DNA of 64,000 bases from contig NC_085843.1 of assembly GCF_035594765.1 (NCBI RefSeq), positions 193,665,971 to 193,729,970 on the forward strand. The letters are read 5' to 3'. A model generated the notes under the pieces. The model worked only from the letters and a program-made list of their open reading frames with translations. It had not been told where the DNA came from and did not search any database. Shown here piece after piece: positions 11,510 through 24,477 of this stretch; position 1 is the stretch's first letter; every line of letters starts with the position of its first letter. This DNA is from Anolis carolinensis. Taxonomy: Eukaryota. Position numbers and translations under genes: made by a program.

Positions 11510-12214
11510 TATACATACAGTACATATACACATATATAATCTGCTTATACTAGCCTAGGAGCTCAACTGAAATCCTAGCTTTCCTCTATCCTCAATGGCT
11601 ATCAGCAAGTTGTAATTGTAATTGTTCTTTGCATCCTGAATAATATTTGGAGTCAATGTGACTGGTATTTTAGGAAAAATGCAAAATTGTACTTGTTTCA
11701 AGCCATTCCCAAAAATTGGAATAGATTTCTGGAGTCAGACATATAAACTCAGCTTTGATAATATTTAACAAATTCTTCACTCAAGGATTATGCTTCAAAA
11801 CAGCTTCACAGACCAAATGAACAAAATGTCCTTCAATGACAGGTGAAGTAGTGTTATCTTCCCCCTCAAGAGTTGACCCATTGCAACCACAAAGAGGTCA
11901 GACCATTGGAGGGATTCTCATAGGAACACTGCTCTTCTTCCTTGGGACTGACAGACAAATTGTAGAAACTTTCCATGTGAATCTCTTTCCCTACATATTT
12001 GTAGCTATTCAAATAAGTACCAAAATTGCATGGGAATGAGCTACTGGGTCAAGGCACAAGTCAACAACCATAATGTTAAGAGCTGATCCATGTGTAACTG
12101 AAAATATGTTGACCAGCTATATGACTTTTAGCTTTAATGGCTTCTTCTGTTTCCCTTTCTAGCCTTCTGCAATACAATGATGGATATTAGTTGTAATCAT
12201 CCATGTATTTGAAT

Positions 12215-12390
12215 CATTGTTTAATATTTTAATTATGTCTATTTTAAATCATGACTTGTTTAATTTGTTTTAAATGCATTCTTTGATGTCTCAACTGTTG
12301 CTTTTATGATATTATATGATTGTATTGGGCTTGCATCCGTGTGAGCCGCTCCGGGTCCCCGTTGGAGAGATGGAGGTGGCATACAAAAAT

Positions 12391-12448
<58 letters not shown>
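12215..12448 (+). mobile_element. L2-type LINE 3' end with (ATC)n tail
   Basis: gtgagccgctccgggtccccgttggagagatggaggtggcatacaaaaataaa followed by (ATC)n at 12394-12448. Confidence 0.65.
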
Positions 12449-12449
<1 letters not shown>

Positions 12450-13039
12450 GAAGCTCTTACCAAAGTGATATAGATGGTTGATCAAACTGCTTAAAGCAGT
12501 AGCTGGATCAGCTATGTCCTTGTGCCAAATTGGCAGGAAAATGTTATCACACATCTCAAGGAAAGAGGTGTGATGAATGGTTGTGTGATGAAGAGAAAGA
12601 AGAACTATATATCTCATCAAACTGATTCATGCCTGTTCTTATGAGCAGCACTTTCAAAAGTTACTTTTTGGGCTGCATCTTCTCATATACCAGGTCCCAT
12701 TCCATGTAATCTGAGGAATTGTGGGAATTGTTATCCAGAAAGTCAATCAAAAACAAATGAAAACAAATAATAAATCCCTTATTCATGGGCAGTGAATCCA
12801 CTCTGACTTTTAGTCAGACATTTAAAGGAGTTATTTAGGGTTCTAAAGATATTCACAGGGCCATTTCATCATTTTAAAAAGCTCAGTTGAAGTTTATACC
12901 AAGGGCTAGAAGAGATACACTGCCCAATGAGATGGTAGCCATGAGCCAACAGTGAAGTCTCCACTTTGTCAGTAATAACTTGGTTCTGTCCACAGATGAA
13001 AAGCATTTCAAGATAAGTACTTCAAGAATCGTTGCATAC

Positions 13040-13351
13040 CTTGGCAGAGAATAGTGGCATCCTGTTGATGAGTACAGCTATGGACCCCCCATCCACGGTT
13101 CTTGCAGTCCCACAGGAAGGCTTCATCCCCCTCACACTGGACACCATCTAGGAGGATTCGGCCTGAGCCCTGGCCAAATCGAGGCCAAGGAACAATTTGG
13201 ACAGCATTTCCGCAGCCAAGCTGCCTACAGACAACTTGGGCGTTCTTCATGTCCCAGTTGTTGCCACAAACAGTCCCCCAGGCACCTTCATAATAAATTT
13301 CAACACGTCCCTCGCAGTAGTTGTAGGTGCCTTCTAGCCTCAGGGACAGTT
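13040..13351 (-). CDS. Group B SRCR domain exon (type II, unit 1)
   Basis: 312 nt, ttcgcag acceptor and GTATGC donor, phase 1-1; ELSLRLEGTYNYCEGRVEIYYEGAWGTVCGNNW...HQQDATILCQ with 8 Cys. Confidence 0.94.
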
Positions 13352-13623
13352 CTGCGAAAGACCAAAAGTGAATGGATTAATAAGGTCAGTGAATTATTTA
13401 ATCTTAAGAATTGACTTCTATGTTCCCTTAGGTCACAGAAGATGAAGTCCAAACTTTCATTGACACTTACTTCGGGAAGACAAATATTAAGTCAGGGAAG
13501 GCCAAAACCCAAACACCGGCCAGCCCCAACCTGCACAAATAATGGGGAACCATGGGGAAATAACAGTTTAACAATATAAAAAAAACCTCCATAAATCAGG
13601 AAAAGTGGATTGGGTGTAATTCT

Positions 13624-14381
13624 TGTGACGGTGCGAGTGGCGCCATCTATATGTTGTACTGTAAGTTGCAAGATTTGAATTGTATCATACCTGATATTGT
13701 CTTTACCCTGTAAATGTAGTTGGATTGATTGGTTATTTATAGCTGTCAATCAATGTTGTTTGCACCAGTTATATTGCTTCCTCAGCTCAATTTTTTGACT
13801 CCACCTCTTCCTGGAGTAGGGCAGTGTTTCCTTTTTTCATTCCACTATCAAGCTTTCTACTAGATGGACGTAAGAGAGAGACTTGGCTCTAAAAGCCCTT
13901 GATTAAGTTACCTCTCAGCACCAATTCTGAGGTTCTTACCCTTGAGACTTATGCTCCATGTTCAGACCAACCTGGACAACGTTGAGAAGTCTCAAGTGCC
14001 TTCAAATCAGTTCTTTGGCACCAGAGGAAGGCTCTGTGTCTTCAAACATAGGTCATTTGGACTGGGGTTGAGGATTGCTTCGGCATTCACAGCCATTGAG
14101 AAAGAGGGACCTGGAAAAGCTTCTCAGCTGCAAAGCTCCTTGGACCCAAGACAACCAAAGACTGTAACGTATATTTTCCTTTACCCCTTTGAAACTTCCA
14201 GCTTATTGCCTTAAAGGGATAACCTTTTGTGAACAATAAAACCAGTTTTGAGTTATCTACAGTGTTTTGGTCCTTGAGAGTTCCAGTTTCCCTAAAGGAG
14301 GGCAAGAAGCAATCCCCTGGGGAAAGATGTCATGTCCATGCCTCTTTCACTAGGAGTTATAGCCCCAGGTGCGGCGGCACA
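13624..14381 (+). mobile_element. Solo LTR
   Basis: TGTG...CACA termini; perfect 5-bp TSD attct (13619-13623, 14382-14386); AATAAA near 14235. Confidence 0.8.
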
Positions 14382-15502
14382 ATTCTGACTAGATAAGATG
14401 GCTGGAGCGGGAAGGACAAAGGAGACTCTTTCAAGTGCTGTTCAGCTGGTTAAAACTGACACCTCCCTAAGTTTTGCACATTGGTGTAATATGTTTAATT
14501 TAGAACTAATTTAGCCTCTTCAGTGAACTCAGAAATGTTCATTTTAGAAATGTCCCGTTGCGAGCTTCCCAACTTGCATGACCATCCTGACTTGGAGATT
14601 GTGGAAGTAATGATTCATAGAAGGAATTCGTCCAAGCTCTTCCCTTTCTCTGTTCTTCCCTGATCCTCTGCACAATCTTTTTGTGCATATGCCAGTTGGG
14701 TTTCCTGTTATGATTAATCACTTTTGGCTTTGGGTATCTTTTATCCTCCTCCTTTTCTAAGAATCTTCATTAAAAAGCTGTGTTTGACCCAGGAAGAATT
14801 GTTTCATGCAGAGTCACAACCACGAAGTGTTCCTATGTTTCCTGGACAGGTCTCAATAAAGGCTAAGAAAGCACAGTAAAAAACAAACAAACCAAATTCT
14901 CATTATTTTCTCCACTAAAGAGGGATGCCTTTCTTGACCAAAAGGCGGGAAATATATCAAGTTTCACTGGTTTCCTTATCAGGCAAATATATTAAAGGTA
15001 GCACAGGAGAAGGGATACATAGTCATGTGTTTTTTATCTTATGCTTCTCCTTGCACAAGCAAGTAAGTGAAAAAAACAACTCTGGAGGATATTTAAATTT
15101 TTTTGAAAATTCAAAATTGTGTATGTCATGGCAGAATTATGCCATATGCTCTCCTAAAACTGGTTTATCGTGCTTTTGTGCATCTTCATAACTTTTCCGA
15201 CTGATGCCAACCCTAAGATAAAACATTCATAGGGTATTTTCAGCAAGCTTTTTTGTTGTGTTTGCCTTTGCCTTCCTATGAGGCCAGGAAAATGTGACTT
15301 GTTCAAGGTCACCCTGTCGGATTCCATGATTGAGCAAGGATTCAAATATTTTTTTCAAGAGTCATAGTCCAACACCCAAACGGCTACATCAAACTGGCTC
15401 AGGTTGGCCCATTGAATTTAATGCACGTTACTTTTATTCAGATCAATAGAGAAGCATACAGTTTAGTTCCCAGCATGTGCCCAGAATGTTAATAAGACTT
15501 AC

Positions 15503-15535
15503 CTGGATTTGTAGGTGTAACCGTGGTTGATGATG
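15503..15535 (-). CDS. Ser/Thr-rich micro-exon, 33 nt, SSTTVTPTNP
   Basis: accag acceptor, GTAAGT donor, phase 1-1; one of eight paralogous linker exons. Confidence 0.75.
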
Positions 15536-15744
15536 CTGGTTCCATTGTGGAATGACAATTAAAAAGAAACAGGGATATTATTAATTTCAGAATTATCTAA
15601 TCACATTTAATCCAAATGTCCCCTAACTCAGAATGAATACTGAGTAACATTAAACAGAAAAATGCATATAATAATTTTCAAAATCATACAAGCCAAATTT
15701 CTCTGTTGCCATTTTGAGAGGTGTTACAGAGGCAAGAAGAGGTA

Positions 15745-16067
15745 CAGTAGAGTCTCACTTATCCAACATTCGCTTAGCCAACGTTCTGGATTATCCAACG
15801 CATTTTTGTAGTTAATGATTTCAATATATCATGATATTTTGATGCTAAATTCGTAAATACAGTAATTACTACGTAGCGTTACTGCATATTGAATTACCTT
15901 TTCTGTCAAATTTGTTGTATAACATGATGTTTTGGTGCTTAATTTGTAAAATCATAACCTAATTTGATGTTTAATAGGCTTCTCCTTAATCTCTCTTTAT
16001 TATCCAACATATTCGCTTATCCAATGTTCTGCTGGCCCGTTTATGTTGGATAAGTGAGACTCTACTG
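15745..16067. mobile_element. Tc1/mariner MITE
   Basis: TIR CAGTAGAGTCTCACTTATCCAAC; TA TSD. Confidence 0.9.
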
Positions 16068-17139
16068 TACTTGGCTTTGTGTATATATATGAATATATAT
16101 TTGTGTATATCTGTAGGTATATATGACATTTGGGAAAATCTGGTACTGAAAAACTAGTCTTGATTTGAAAGTGGAAGATTTTAAATATTCTCCTAAATTT
16201 TCAAACATAATTTAAAATATAATTCCACAAGAGGGAGCCAAGTCTCTGTCTTTATTAGAATTTTGATCTCTTCCTCAAGAAGTAGGTCCCAAGTTTGGTA
16301 AGTACATAATGTCTGTTGGTCTGATTCCCACTCTCTAATTTGCCTTAACAACTAGCAGCCACACAAAGGAGATCCATTCAGCTACCGAACCAGACTCAGA
16401 AAGACGACATTTCGAGTCGCCTCCCACCAGCAAGTGATGTTGCAGGCAATAATTATTGTAGGGGCTCTGCTTATGATGGTTACAGCTTCCCTCGCTGACA
16501 TGAGGCAGCTAGAACCACCTTCTTCTCTTTGATCAAAAGTGGAAACTGCACTATGAGACACCCGCCACTGTGTTTTGTGCCTTCAAGTACTTTCTAACTT
16601 GTGACAACCCTAAGGCAAACTTATCATATGACTTTCTTGATTTGCCCAAGGTCACCTGGTGAGTTTCACTGGCTTAGTGGGGATTCATGCACTTTGTTTT
16701 CCAGAGAGTAGTGCACTGTTCAAACCACTGCACCATGCTGGCTCTTTGCTGGTCTGTGGTGTCCCTAAGAGATTTGTCCATCCCTGTCCGTCCCCCCTCG
16801 CCTCAGTCCCCATTTAACATATATATTAAACCACTGAGAGATTCTAGAGTTTTGGAATTCAGTGCCATCTGTATATGGATGATGCCAAACTTTATTACAC
16901 CTTTCCACAGCAAGCCACGTAAGCTGTTTTGCTTCTGAACTGGTGCCTGTCATCCGTAATCTACTGAATGAGGGTAAACACATTGAAATTCAATCCAGAC
17001 AAGTTGTCCTGGTTGGTTGAAAGCCAAATAAGGGAAAAGGGATTCATCCTGTACTGGATGGGGTGGCAGTCCCTTTGAAGATGCAGGATTAAAGATTTGG
17101 TGTACCTGCTGAAATCTAAATGAAACAACCAGCTCATTG

Positions 17140-18870
17140 AAAAAGTATGGATGACCAAAAAGATCCCAATAGACTTCAAGAATGCCACCATCATCACCCT
17201 TTTCAAAAAGGGGAAAAGAACAGACTGTGGAAACCATTGAAGCATCTTCCTTTTAACCTCTGCTGGGAAAATCCTTGCAAGAATCCTTGCAAAGCACCTT
17301 CTACCTATTTCAGAAGATAGCCTCTTCGAATTCTAGAACAGCCTCCACTCCTCCAGAGGAACTGTGGATATGATCTTCTCTGCATGACAGCTCCAAGAAA
17401 AATGTAGGGAACAAAACCAATATCATCTGTACATGGCACTCATCGACCTTGCAAAGGCATTTGACACAGTGAATCGCAATGCTCTCTGGATCATATTCCT
17501 AAAAATTGGATGCCCTGATAAATTTGTGAACATCTTGCAGCTCCTCCATGATGACATGTTGGGAATAGTATTGGACAGCCCATCCAAGTGACCCATTTAA
17601 AATGGAATCAGGTGTCAAACAGGGATGCATTATTGTCCCATTTATTTACTTAAAACGTTTTTATTGTGCATTTTCATACATTTTTCACACACAAAAAGAA
17701 AACCCCCAACCTTATTTTCCATCTTTGTAGCCTTGAATCTGCACCTTGTTAATGGAAAGCCTCCCACCGGTGTAGAAATCATGTACCGGACAAATGGCAA
17801 GCTATTTAATCTCAGCAGGCTGAAAGCCAAAACCAAGGTCACAACAACATCTGTTATAGAACTCCAATATGCTGATGATATTTTAGTCTGTGCTCATTCA
17901 GAAGAAAACCTAGAAGCCACTTTAAACCCTTTTGCAGAAGCATATGAAAAGCTTGGCCTCTCACTGAACACTGAGAAAACCAAAGTGCACTGCCAGCAGG
18001 CACCAACAACCAATCCCTCTGCTATGCCAGAAATAAAGCTTAAGGGCACAATGTTAGAAAATGTTGACAATTTCTGCTACTTTGGCAGCTACTTCTCCGA
18101 AAAGAGCCAACACCGACACCAAAATTCAACAGTCTGAGCTCTGCAGAAGTTTTTTTCGAATGAAGCAGAGAGAGTTTGGATATCGGAACATTCATAGGGA
18201 TACCAAGATGCTTGTTTATAAAGCTATTGTCCTCCCAACTTTGTTATATGCCTGCAAAATGTGGACTGTCTAATGTCACTCTCAACTTCTGGAACGATTC
18301 CACTAGTGTTGCCTCTGAAATATCCTACCAATTTCTTGAGAACATAGGTGGACAAATGTCAGCATTCTGGAAGAAGCAAAGACCAACAGCATTGAAGATA
18401 TGATCCTCCACTATCAACTTCACTGCAGTGGCCACATTGTCCAAGTGCCTGATTGCCATCGCCCAAAGCAGTTACTTTACTTTCAGCTCAAGAATGAAAG
18501 GTGGAACGTTGGTAGACAGCAAAAGAGATTTAAAGATGGCCTTAAAGCTAACCTTAAAAACTGTGGATTAGACACCAAGAACTGGAAAGCCCTGGCCCTC
18601 AAGCATTCCGACTGGAGGTCAGTTGTTACCAACAGTGCTGTGGAATTCAAAAAGGCAAAAATGGAGGGTGAAATAGAGAAACATGACAAGAGGAAGGCAC
18701 TTCAAGCCAACCCTTGTCAGGACCGTCTTCCATCTGGAAATCAATGTCTTCACTTTGAAAGAACATGCAGATCCAACATAGTTCTCTACAGTCATTTACA
18801 GATCCACTGCCAAGACTCTATCTATACTTGGAAGGCAATTATACTTGGCCATGAGTGATCCCCTATGATG
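17140..18870 (+). mobile_element. RTE-clade LINE, 5'-truncated and degenerate
   Basis: Disrupted RT with DLAKAFDTV-like, GVKQG and LQYADD motifs; C-terminal GRQQKRFKDGLK and Zn-finger-like end; tgatgac tail. Confidence 0.88.
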
Positions 18871-19019
18871 ACTTAAAGCCTGCTTGCACAACAACAATAA
18901 CAACAATTTTATTTCTTGCCTGCCTCTCCTTGTGGCTCAGAGCAGATTACAATATAAATGTTGTCAATTATTGCACGTATTAGGCAAAACTATTAAAAGT
19001 GTTATAGGAGAAGACTTAC

Positions 19020-19037
19020 CTGGTGTTGTAGATGTCA
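19020..19037 (-). CDS. Candidate Ser/Thr micro-exon, 18 nt (TSTTP), using an internal AG; ancestral acceptor mutated
   Basis: GTAAGT donor intact; the paralogous accAG acceptor reads accAA at 19053-19054; in-frame cacAG at 19038-19039. Confidence 0.45.
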
Positions 19038-19988
19038 CTGTGGTTGATGATGTTGGTGCCATAGTGGATGATAAATAAAACAAAACAGGGAGATTATTAT
19101 TAAGTTCAGCTACATGATTATATCGCAACTCGATTACAGTAATATGTTGTATGTGAGGGGTTGCCTTTGGAGTGTCCAAAATTTTCAACTGCTTTAAGGC
19201 ACTGTATGAGTTATGTCCAGATGATGTGAAGAGCTGTATTCTCCATCACAAACCAGCATGTGTTTTGAGATCTGCTGGGGAAGCTTTTCTTTCTGTCTCA
19301 CCTGCTTCACCGATACATTATGTGGGAGTATGGGACCCTCAGGTATTCCAGATATGTTAGACCAATATCTTCCTTACTTGTTTTTTTTTAGAGATGATTA
19401 AAGAGTTTTCTATTCCAACAGGCCATTGATATGTGACTATTTAAGACCTGCTTACAAAGTGCCAATTACTGCACTTTCCAGACAAATATATTAAAAGTGA
19501 TACAGGAGAAGTGATACGTAGTCATGTCTTTTTATCTTATTCTTCTCTCTGCTCACGGAAGAAAGTGAAAAAACTCTGAAGGAAATCTAAAATTTGTATG
19601 TTATGATAGAATTATGCCTCAATCTTATACTCTCCTACAAATGGGTTATTGTGCTGTTGCATACCTTCAAAACTTTTCCAACTTATACTGACCCCAAGGT
19701 AAAATAATCATAGGGTTTTTTTTCAGCAAGAGTTTTGCTGAGAGAGTTTTCTTTGCCATCCTATGAGGCCAAGAGATTGTGACTTGTTTAAAGTCACCCA
19801 GTAGGATTCTATGATAGAGCAAGGATTCAAACATTTTTCTCAAGAGTCATAGTCCAACACTCAAATGGCTACACCAAACTGGCTCAGGTTAGCCCCACTG
19901 AATGTAATGGAGCTTACTGGTATCCAGACCAAGAGAGAAGCAGGCAGTTTAGTTCCCAGCAAATGCACAGAATGTTAATAAGACTTAC

Positions 19989-20021
19989 CCAGTGTTGTAG
20001 GTGTCACCGTGGTTGATGATG
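19989..20021 (-). CDS. Ser/Thr-rich micro-exon, 33 nt, SSTTVTPTTL
   Basis: accag acceptor, GTAAGT donor, phase 1-1. Confidence 0.75.
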
Positions 20022-20772
20022 CTGGTGTCATAGTGGAATGATAATTTAAAAAAACAGGGAAGTTATTATTAAGTTCAGAATTATCCAATTGCATTTAATA
20101 CAGAGAATGAATACTGAATAACCCTCCAGAGCCCCAGAGTGAATGGGAGACCCTCCAAATATAGCAAGTTGATTGAATTTACGATGCTACATAGTAAACA
20201 AAATAAAACACATCTGATCGCATCCAATGACCGGAATGTCTCAATGTTATACCATGTTTAGAAAGTACGGTAGCTTTCTAAAACTTCCTGACAGCATGAC
20301 TCCTTCCCAGAACTGGAATTCTGGAAGTTGTAACCAGTGAAATAGCTTTTTCACTTCTGTATTCATTGCACCCATTGAATGTGATGCTTCTCGAGTAAAT
20401 ACCTCAAGATTGTCCCCAGCAATTAAACCTCTTCTACTTTCCTCCTTCTTTCAGGATCTCTGGAGTCTTTAACTTTAAAAATACTGTTGTGTTGCAGAAA
20501 CAGAGACAGAAAGATCTTAGGCACACTACATGAGCCAGCCTCACAAAGTATTCCTGTAATGAACATGAAGAGCAGCATAGGGCTATGGTAGCAGACATTC
20601 CTTGAGAAGTCTTTTTTATTTTCTGGATGGAATATATGTTGTTTTAATTGAGTTTGACCCTGGGGACATGTGCCTTTATGTTTGCTTTTATCAAATTTTA
20701 TTTGCAAAATATATAAGTAAACAATCTCTATGTTTTTTTTATAAATTCTAATAGTCCTTTTTTCCTCTACTG

Positions 20773-21095
20773 CAGTGGTTCCCAACCTGTGGGTTCCTGC
20801 CCACTGTTGGGCCGCGAGATCTAAAATAAAATCCACGAGACATGCAGGAAAAATCAGCTCTAGATTATTAAATATGGTTTTCTGTGCGTGAGCAAATGGT
20901 GACTACTGGATGGCATATGTTTTGTATCAGAACTGATGTGGTCTAGCCAATGCAATTTTCTGAATCAGCACGCCAAATAACCAAACCAAATCTAAAGTTG
21001 ACTAAAAACTGATTCGTAACCCTTTTGGTACTAATGTTGGAGAATGGTCCCTGGTCAAAGTGGTCCCTGGTCAAAAAAAAGGTTAGGAACCACAG
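20773..21095. mobile_element. hAT (Charlie-like) non-autonomous element
   Basis: CAGTGGTTCCCAACCT...AGGTTAGGAACCACAG termini; degenerate TSD. Confidence 0.7.
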
Positions 21096-21276
21096 TTTTA
21101 GTGGGTACTGTAACCATGCATTTCATCATGTGAAATAGTCAGCATCCTGGATTTCACAAGAGATGTGAAATAGTACATCACACAAGAAAAGAGCATTTAC
21201 AACAGACAACAGCAACAATACAATCATCCCATTCTGAAGTTCCCCCAAATTGTGATAAAGCATTTTTTTTGCTTAC

Positions 21277-21306
21277 GTGCATGTGTAGGTATTGTCATTC
21301 CAGAAT
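21277..21306 (-). CDS. SRCR gene micro-exon, 30 nt, (D)SGMTIPTHA
   Basis: ccacag acceptor, GTAAGC donor, phase 1-1. Confidence 0.8.
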
Positions 21307-22040
21307 CTGTGGATGAAAATAGAAAGATGCTCAAAGGCTTCATATAATTTCTCAGCTATCTGCGATAGAAGCACATGGGAGGAATTCCTTGCACATAGAT
21401 ATGAAGCTATGTTGTGCAAATGGTTCAAAAGCAGAGTCAATGGTTTATGTTTAGAAAGTGGAATTTCCATACCCAAAGTCTGCAGGTTAAAGGATCAGAC
21501 AGCAGGTAGCAGAACAGGCCTTTGCCTGATGCTCCACATAATTCTTCCCATACATAATAATGGATTAATTGTCTAAACTGGTAGAAGACAGGCCAATGAT
21601 CCAAAATTACCCTTTATGGAGCTCAGTCCTGCACTAAAATAAATGGAAGCATATCTGTTAAGAAACTTCCCATGAGTCATTTCTGTTGTAACAGGCAGAA
21701 ACACCATCCCAGTCAGAATTCCCCCTCATACTGGAGATCAGTCTTATGGGAGATGGATGAAAAGGCCAGAAATATGCTTCTTGAGAAATACAGACCCCTG
21801 CTGAACATAGTAAGTGTTAACTTAACTTCGGTAAGTGCAGACTGGGGGACATTCATAGTCCCTACAGAGCCTCTAAACACATTTGTAACTGATATAGGAT
21901 TCTGGATATTGCTTGTACATTTTAAAGGCCTTAAATCTGACCATTCTACAAATTGTTCTGCCTGCTAGTTATTTATAAAGAAATTAGAACTTGTTTAGTG
22001 ACATAATTATCTATATTGTATGTATGTATGTATGTATGTA

Positions 22041-22082
<42 letters not shown>
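22041..22082. repeat. (ATT)n microsatellite preceded by (TATG)n
   Basis: Direct reading. Confidence 0.95.
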
Positions 22083-22394
22083 TACTAATATCATGTATCA
22101 TATGTAGCTATATACCATTTTAGGTTTCATATAAGATGGAAGAAATCAGCCACAGAAACATTACTGCTATGTGGAATCCTGATGTTTCTGGACTGCAGTT
22201 TCCACAAATCCTAGCTGACCTCATCTGTGGTGAGGGATGATGGGGTCAACATCTGGAGTGTCGTAAGTTCCCATCCCAAACATAAATGCCTTTGAGACAA
22301 GGGAGGGATTATGCATGTACATGGGAGAGTGGAAGGGAATTCCCATAAAAATTCCAGTTAGGATATTCATAATGGCAAAGAGCACAATGGCTAA

Positions 22395-22894
22395 GGACCG
22401 GGCTGTGGTGCAGCTGGTTAGTAGCCAAGCTGCAATAAATCACCGCTGACCGAGAGGTCATGAGTTCGAAGCCAGCCCGGGTCGGAGTAAGCTCCCGACC
22501 ATTAATAGTCTAGCTTGCTGTTGACCTATGCAGCCCGAAAGACAGTTGCATCTATTGAGTAGGAAATTTATGTGCCGCTTTATGCGGGGAGGCTAATTTA
22601 ACTAATTTACAACACAATAAAAGCCTTCCAGCAGTGTGCAGAAGAATGAGGAAGTACTCCATCAAGGACTCGGTGTCACAAGTGGATGGTGAAGCTCCCC
22701 CTGTGGCCGGAATTGAGCATACTCTCATGACACCAGAAGCTGGAATGTTAAATTGCCTCTGTGTCTGTCTATATATGTCATATGTCTAATGGCATTGAAT
22801 GCTTGCCGTGTATTTGTGCATTGTGATCTGCCCTGAGTCCCCTTCGGGGTGAGAAGGGTGGAATATAAATACTGTAAATAAATAAACAAACAAA
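22395..22894 (+). mobile_element. tRNA-derived SINE with L2-like 3' end
   Basis: A-box tggtgcagctgg, B-box gttcgaagcc (22464-22473), 3' ccctgagtccccttcggggtgagaagggtggaatata and (AAAT/AAAC)n tail. Confidence 0.85.
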
Positions 22895-22897
22895 TAC

Positions 22898-23209
22898 CTG
22901 AGCATATAACACCAGCATGCTTGTAGTTTCCACATGTAGCAGGTCGATACTCATAAGAACAAGAAAACAAATAATCTTCTTCACCAGAGCAATCTACTTT
23001 TGTCATCAAAGGGCCACCTCTTCCTTCTCCAAAAAAGCCATTGGTCAAAGCAGCCACAGCATGGCCACAGCCAAAATACTGGCAGATAACTTCAGCGTCC
23101 TTTATGTCCCATCCTTCACTGCAAATCACAGTCCGCCAGCTTGCAAAGTAAGTAATTTCAATGCGACCAGCACACCCATTGGGACCATTCTCCAGCTGTA
23201 AAGACAGGA
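22898..23209 (-). CDS. Group B SRCR domain exon (type I, unit 2)
   Basis: 312 nt, phase 1-1, AG/GT ends; LSLQLENGPNGCAGRIEITYFASWRTVICSEGW...HAGVICS with 8 Cys. Confidence 0.92.
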
Positions 23210-23306
23210 CTTTGGGGGGGGGGGGGGGCGGGGTTAAAAGATTTTAAAAATAGCATTGCAAATATCTATATTGCCATTTAGATACTTTTAAAAAACTTTG
23301 CAAATA

Positions 23307-23629
23307 CAGTAGAGTCTCACTTATCCAACGTAAACAGGCCGGCAGAACGTTGGATAAGCGAATATGTTGGATAATAAGGAGAGATTAAGGAAAAGCCTAT
23401 TAAACATCAAATTAGGTTATGATTTTACATATTAAGCACCAAAACATCATGTTATACAACAAATTTGACAGAAAAAGTAGTTCAATACACAGTAATGGTA
23501 TGTTGTAATTACTGTATTTATGAATTTAGCACCAAAATATCATGATGTATTGAAAACATTGACCACAAAAATGTGTTGGATAATCCAGAATGTTGGATAA
23601 GCGAGTGTTGGATAAGTGAGACTCTACTG
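23307..23629. mobile_element. Tc1/mariner MITE
   Basis: TIR CAGTAGAGTCTCACTTATCCAAC; TA TSD. Confidence 0.9.
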
Positions 23630-23688
23630 TAGTTTGCAAATAATGGATGGCATTCGATTAGTCAGTTACAGTGTCTTAAGTTAGACTA

Positions 23689-23889
23689 GGACATTATCAC
23701 ACTAAAGCATGGATCCACTTTTAATCCAGTTTCTGCCTCCTGCAGAATTCTGGGGCTTGTAGTTTAGGGAGGGGCCTTTAAACTGCTCGGTCAGACAGTC
23801 CTGGTCCTCATTAAATTACAAACCCCAGAATTCTTCAGGAGGCAGAAACTGGATTTAGAGTGGATCCATGTTCTAGCGTGACAAGGGTG
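23689..23889. mobile_element. Palindromic MITE (Harbinger-like)
   Basis: Long imperfect hairpin catggatccacttttaatccagtttctgcctcctg...caggaggcagaaactggatttagagtggatccatg; absent from paralogous intron near 2495. Confidence 0.6.
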
Positions 23890-23951
23890 TTAGGGCATTG
23901 TAACTGCAATTGTCATACTAGTGTTTTTATTTTGAACGGTTAAATCATGCA

Positions 23952-24477
23952 GGGCGGTTCCACACAGCCCTTTAACCCGGATGCAATCGTGTTTTAAAAA
24001 CATGATTGCGTCCGGGTTAAAGTCCACACAAGCCCCAGAAAGTGCGTGCTTTTCCAGGGCGGGTATCCAGTTGCCCTGTCGAGCTTTCCAGTAGGGCATA
24101 AGGACAGAAAACAAAACCCCCCACAAAAGCCCTAAAAAATTAAAATAACTTACCGACCATCATTAGGCCTTGCAGCACACTTCCTGGAATGTACCAATTA
24201 CAAGTAAGGAAGCTGCGGAAGACAGGAGTGATTCCTCAGCATCCTCGGCATAGTTGGTACATTCCAGGAAGTGTGCTCCGAAGCCTAATGCCGGCCAGTA
24301 AATTATTTTATTTTTAAAGGCTTTTGGGGGAGGGGTTGGGGGAGATGATGCCCTCATGGTTTTTCAAACTGAATCAGCCTGGAAAACCCACTATCAAATT
24401 CATTCACCAGAAAGCAAGGTTTTCCTGCTTTGTAGCAAATGCAGTTGCTTTTATGTGAAGTGTCATTTGGACGCCCC
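23952..24477. mobile_element. Harbinger-like non-autonomous DNA element
   Basis: GGGCGGTTCCA...TGGACGCCC termini with internal inverted repeats. Confidence 0.5.

Noticed and set aside
12312-12620. Poly-Met ORF (and poly-Ile ORFs at 26893-27117 and 62271-62465)
   Set aside because: Translations of (ATC)n or (AAT)n retroposon tails with no splice context, unlike the exon at 33647-33709
22395-22475. tRNA gene (also the head of 55631-55955)
   Set aside because: A and B boxes belong to SINE heads followed by SINE bodies; no complete cloverleaf
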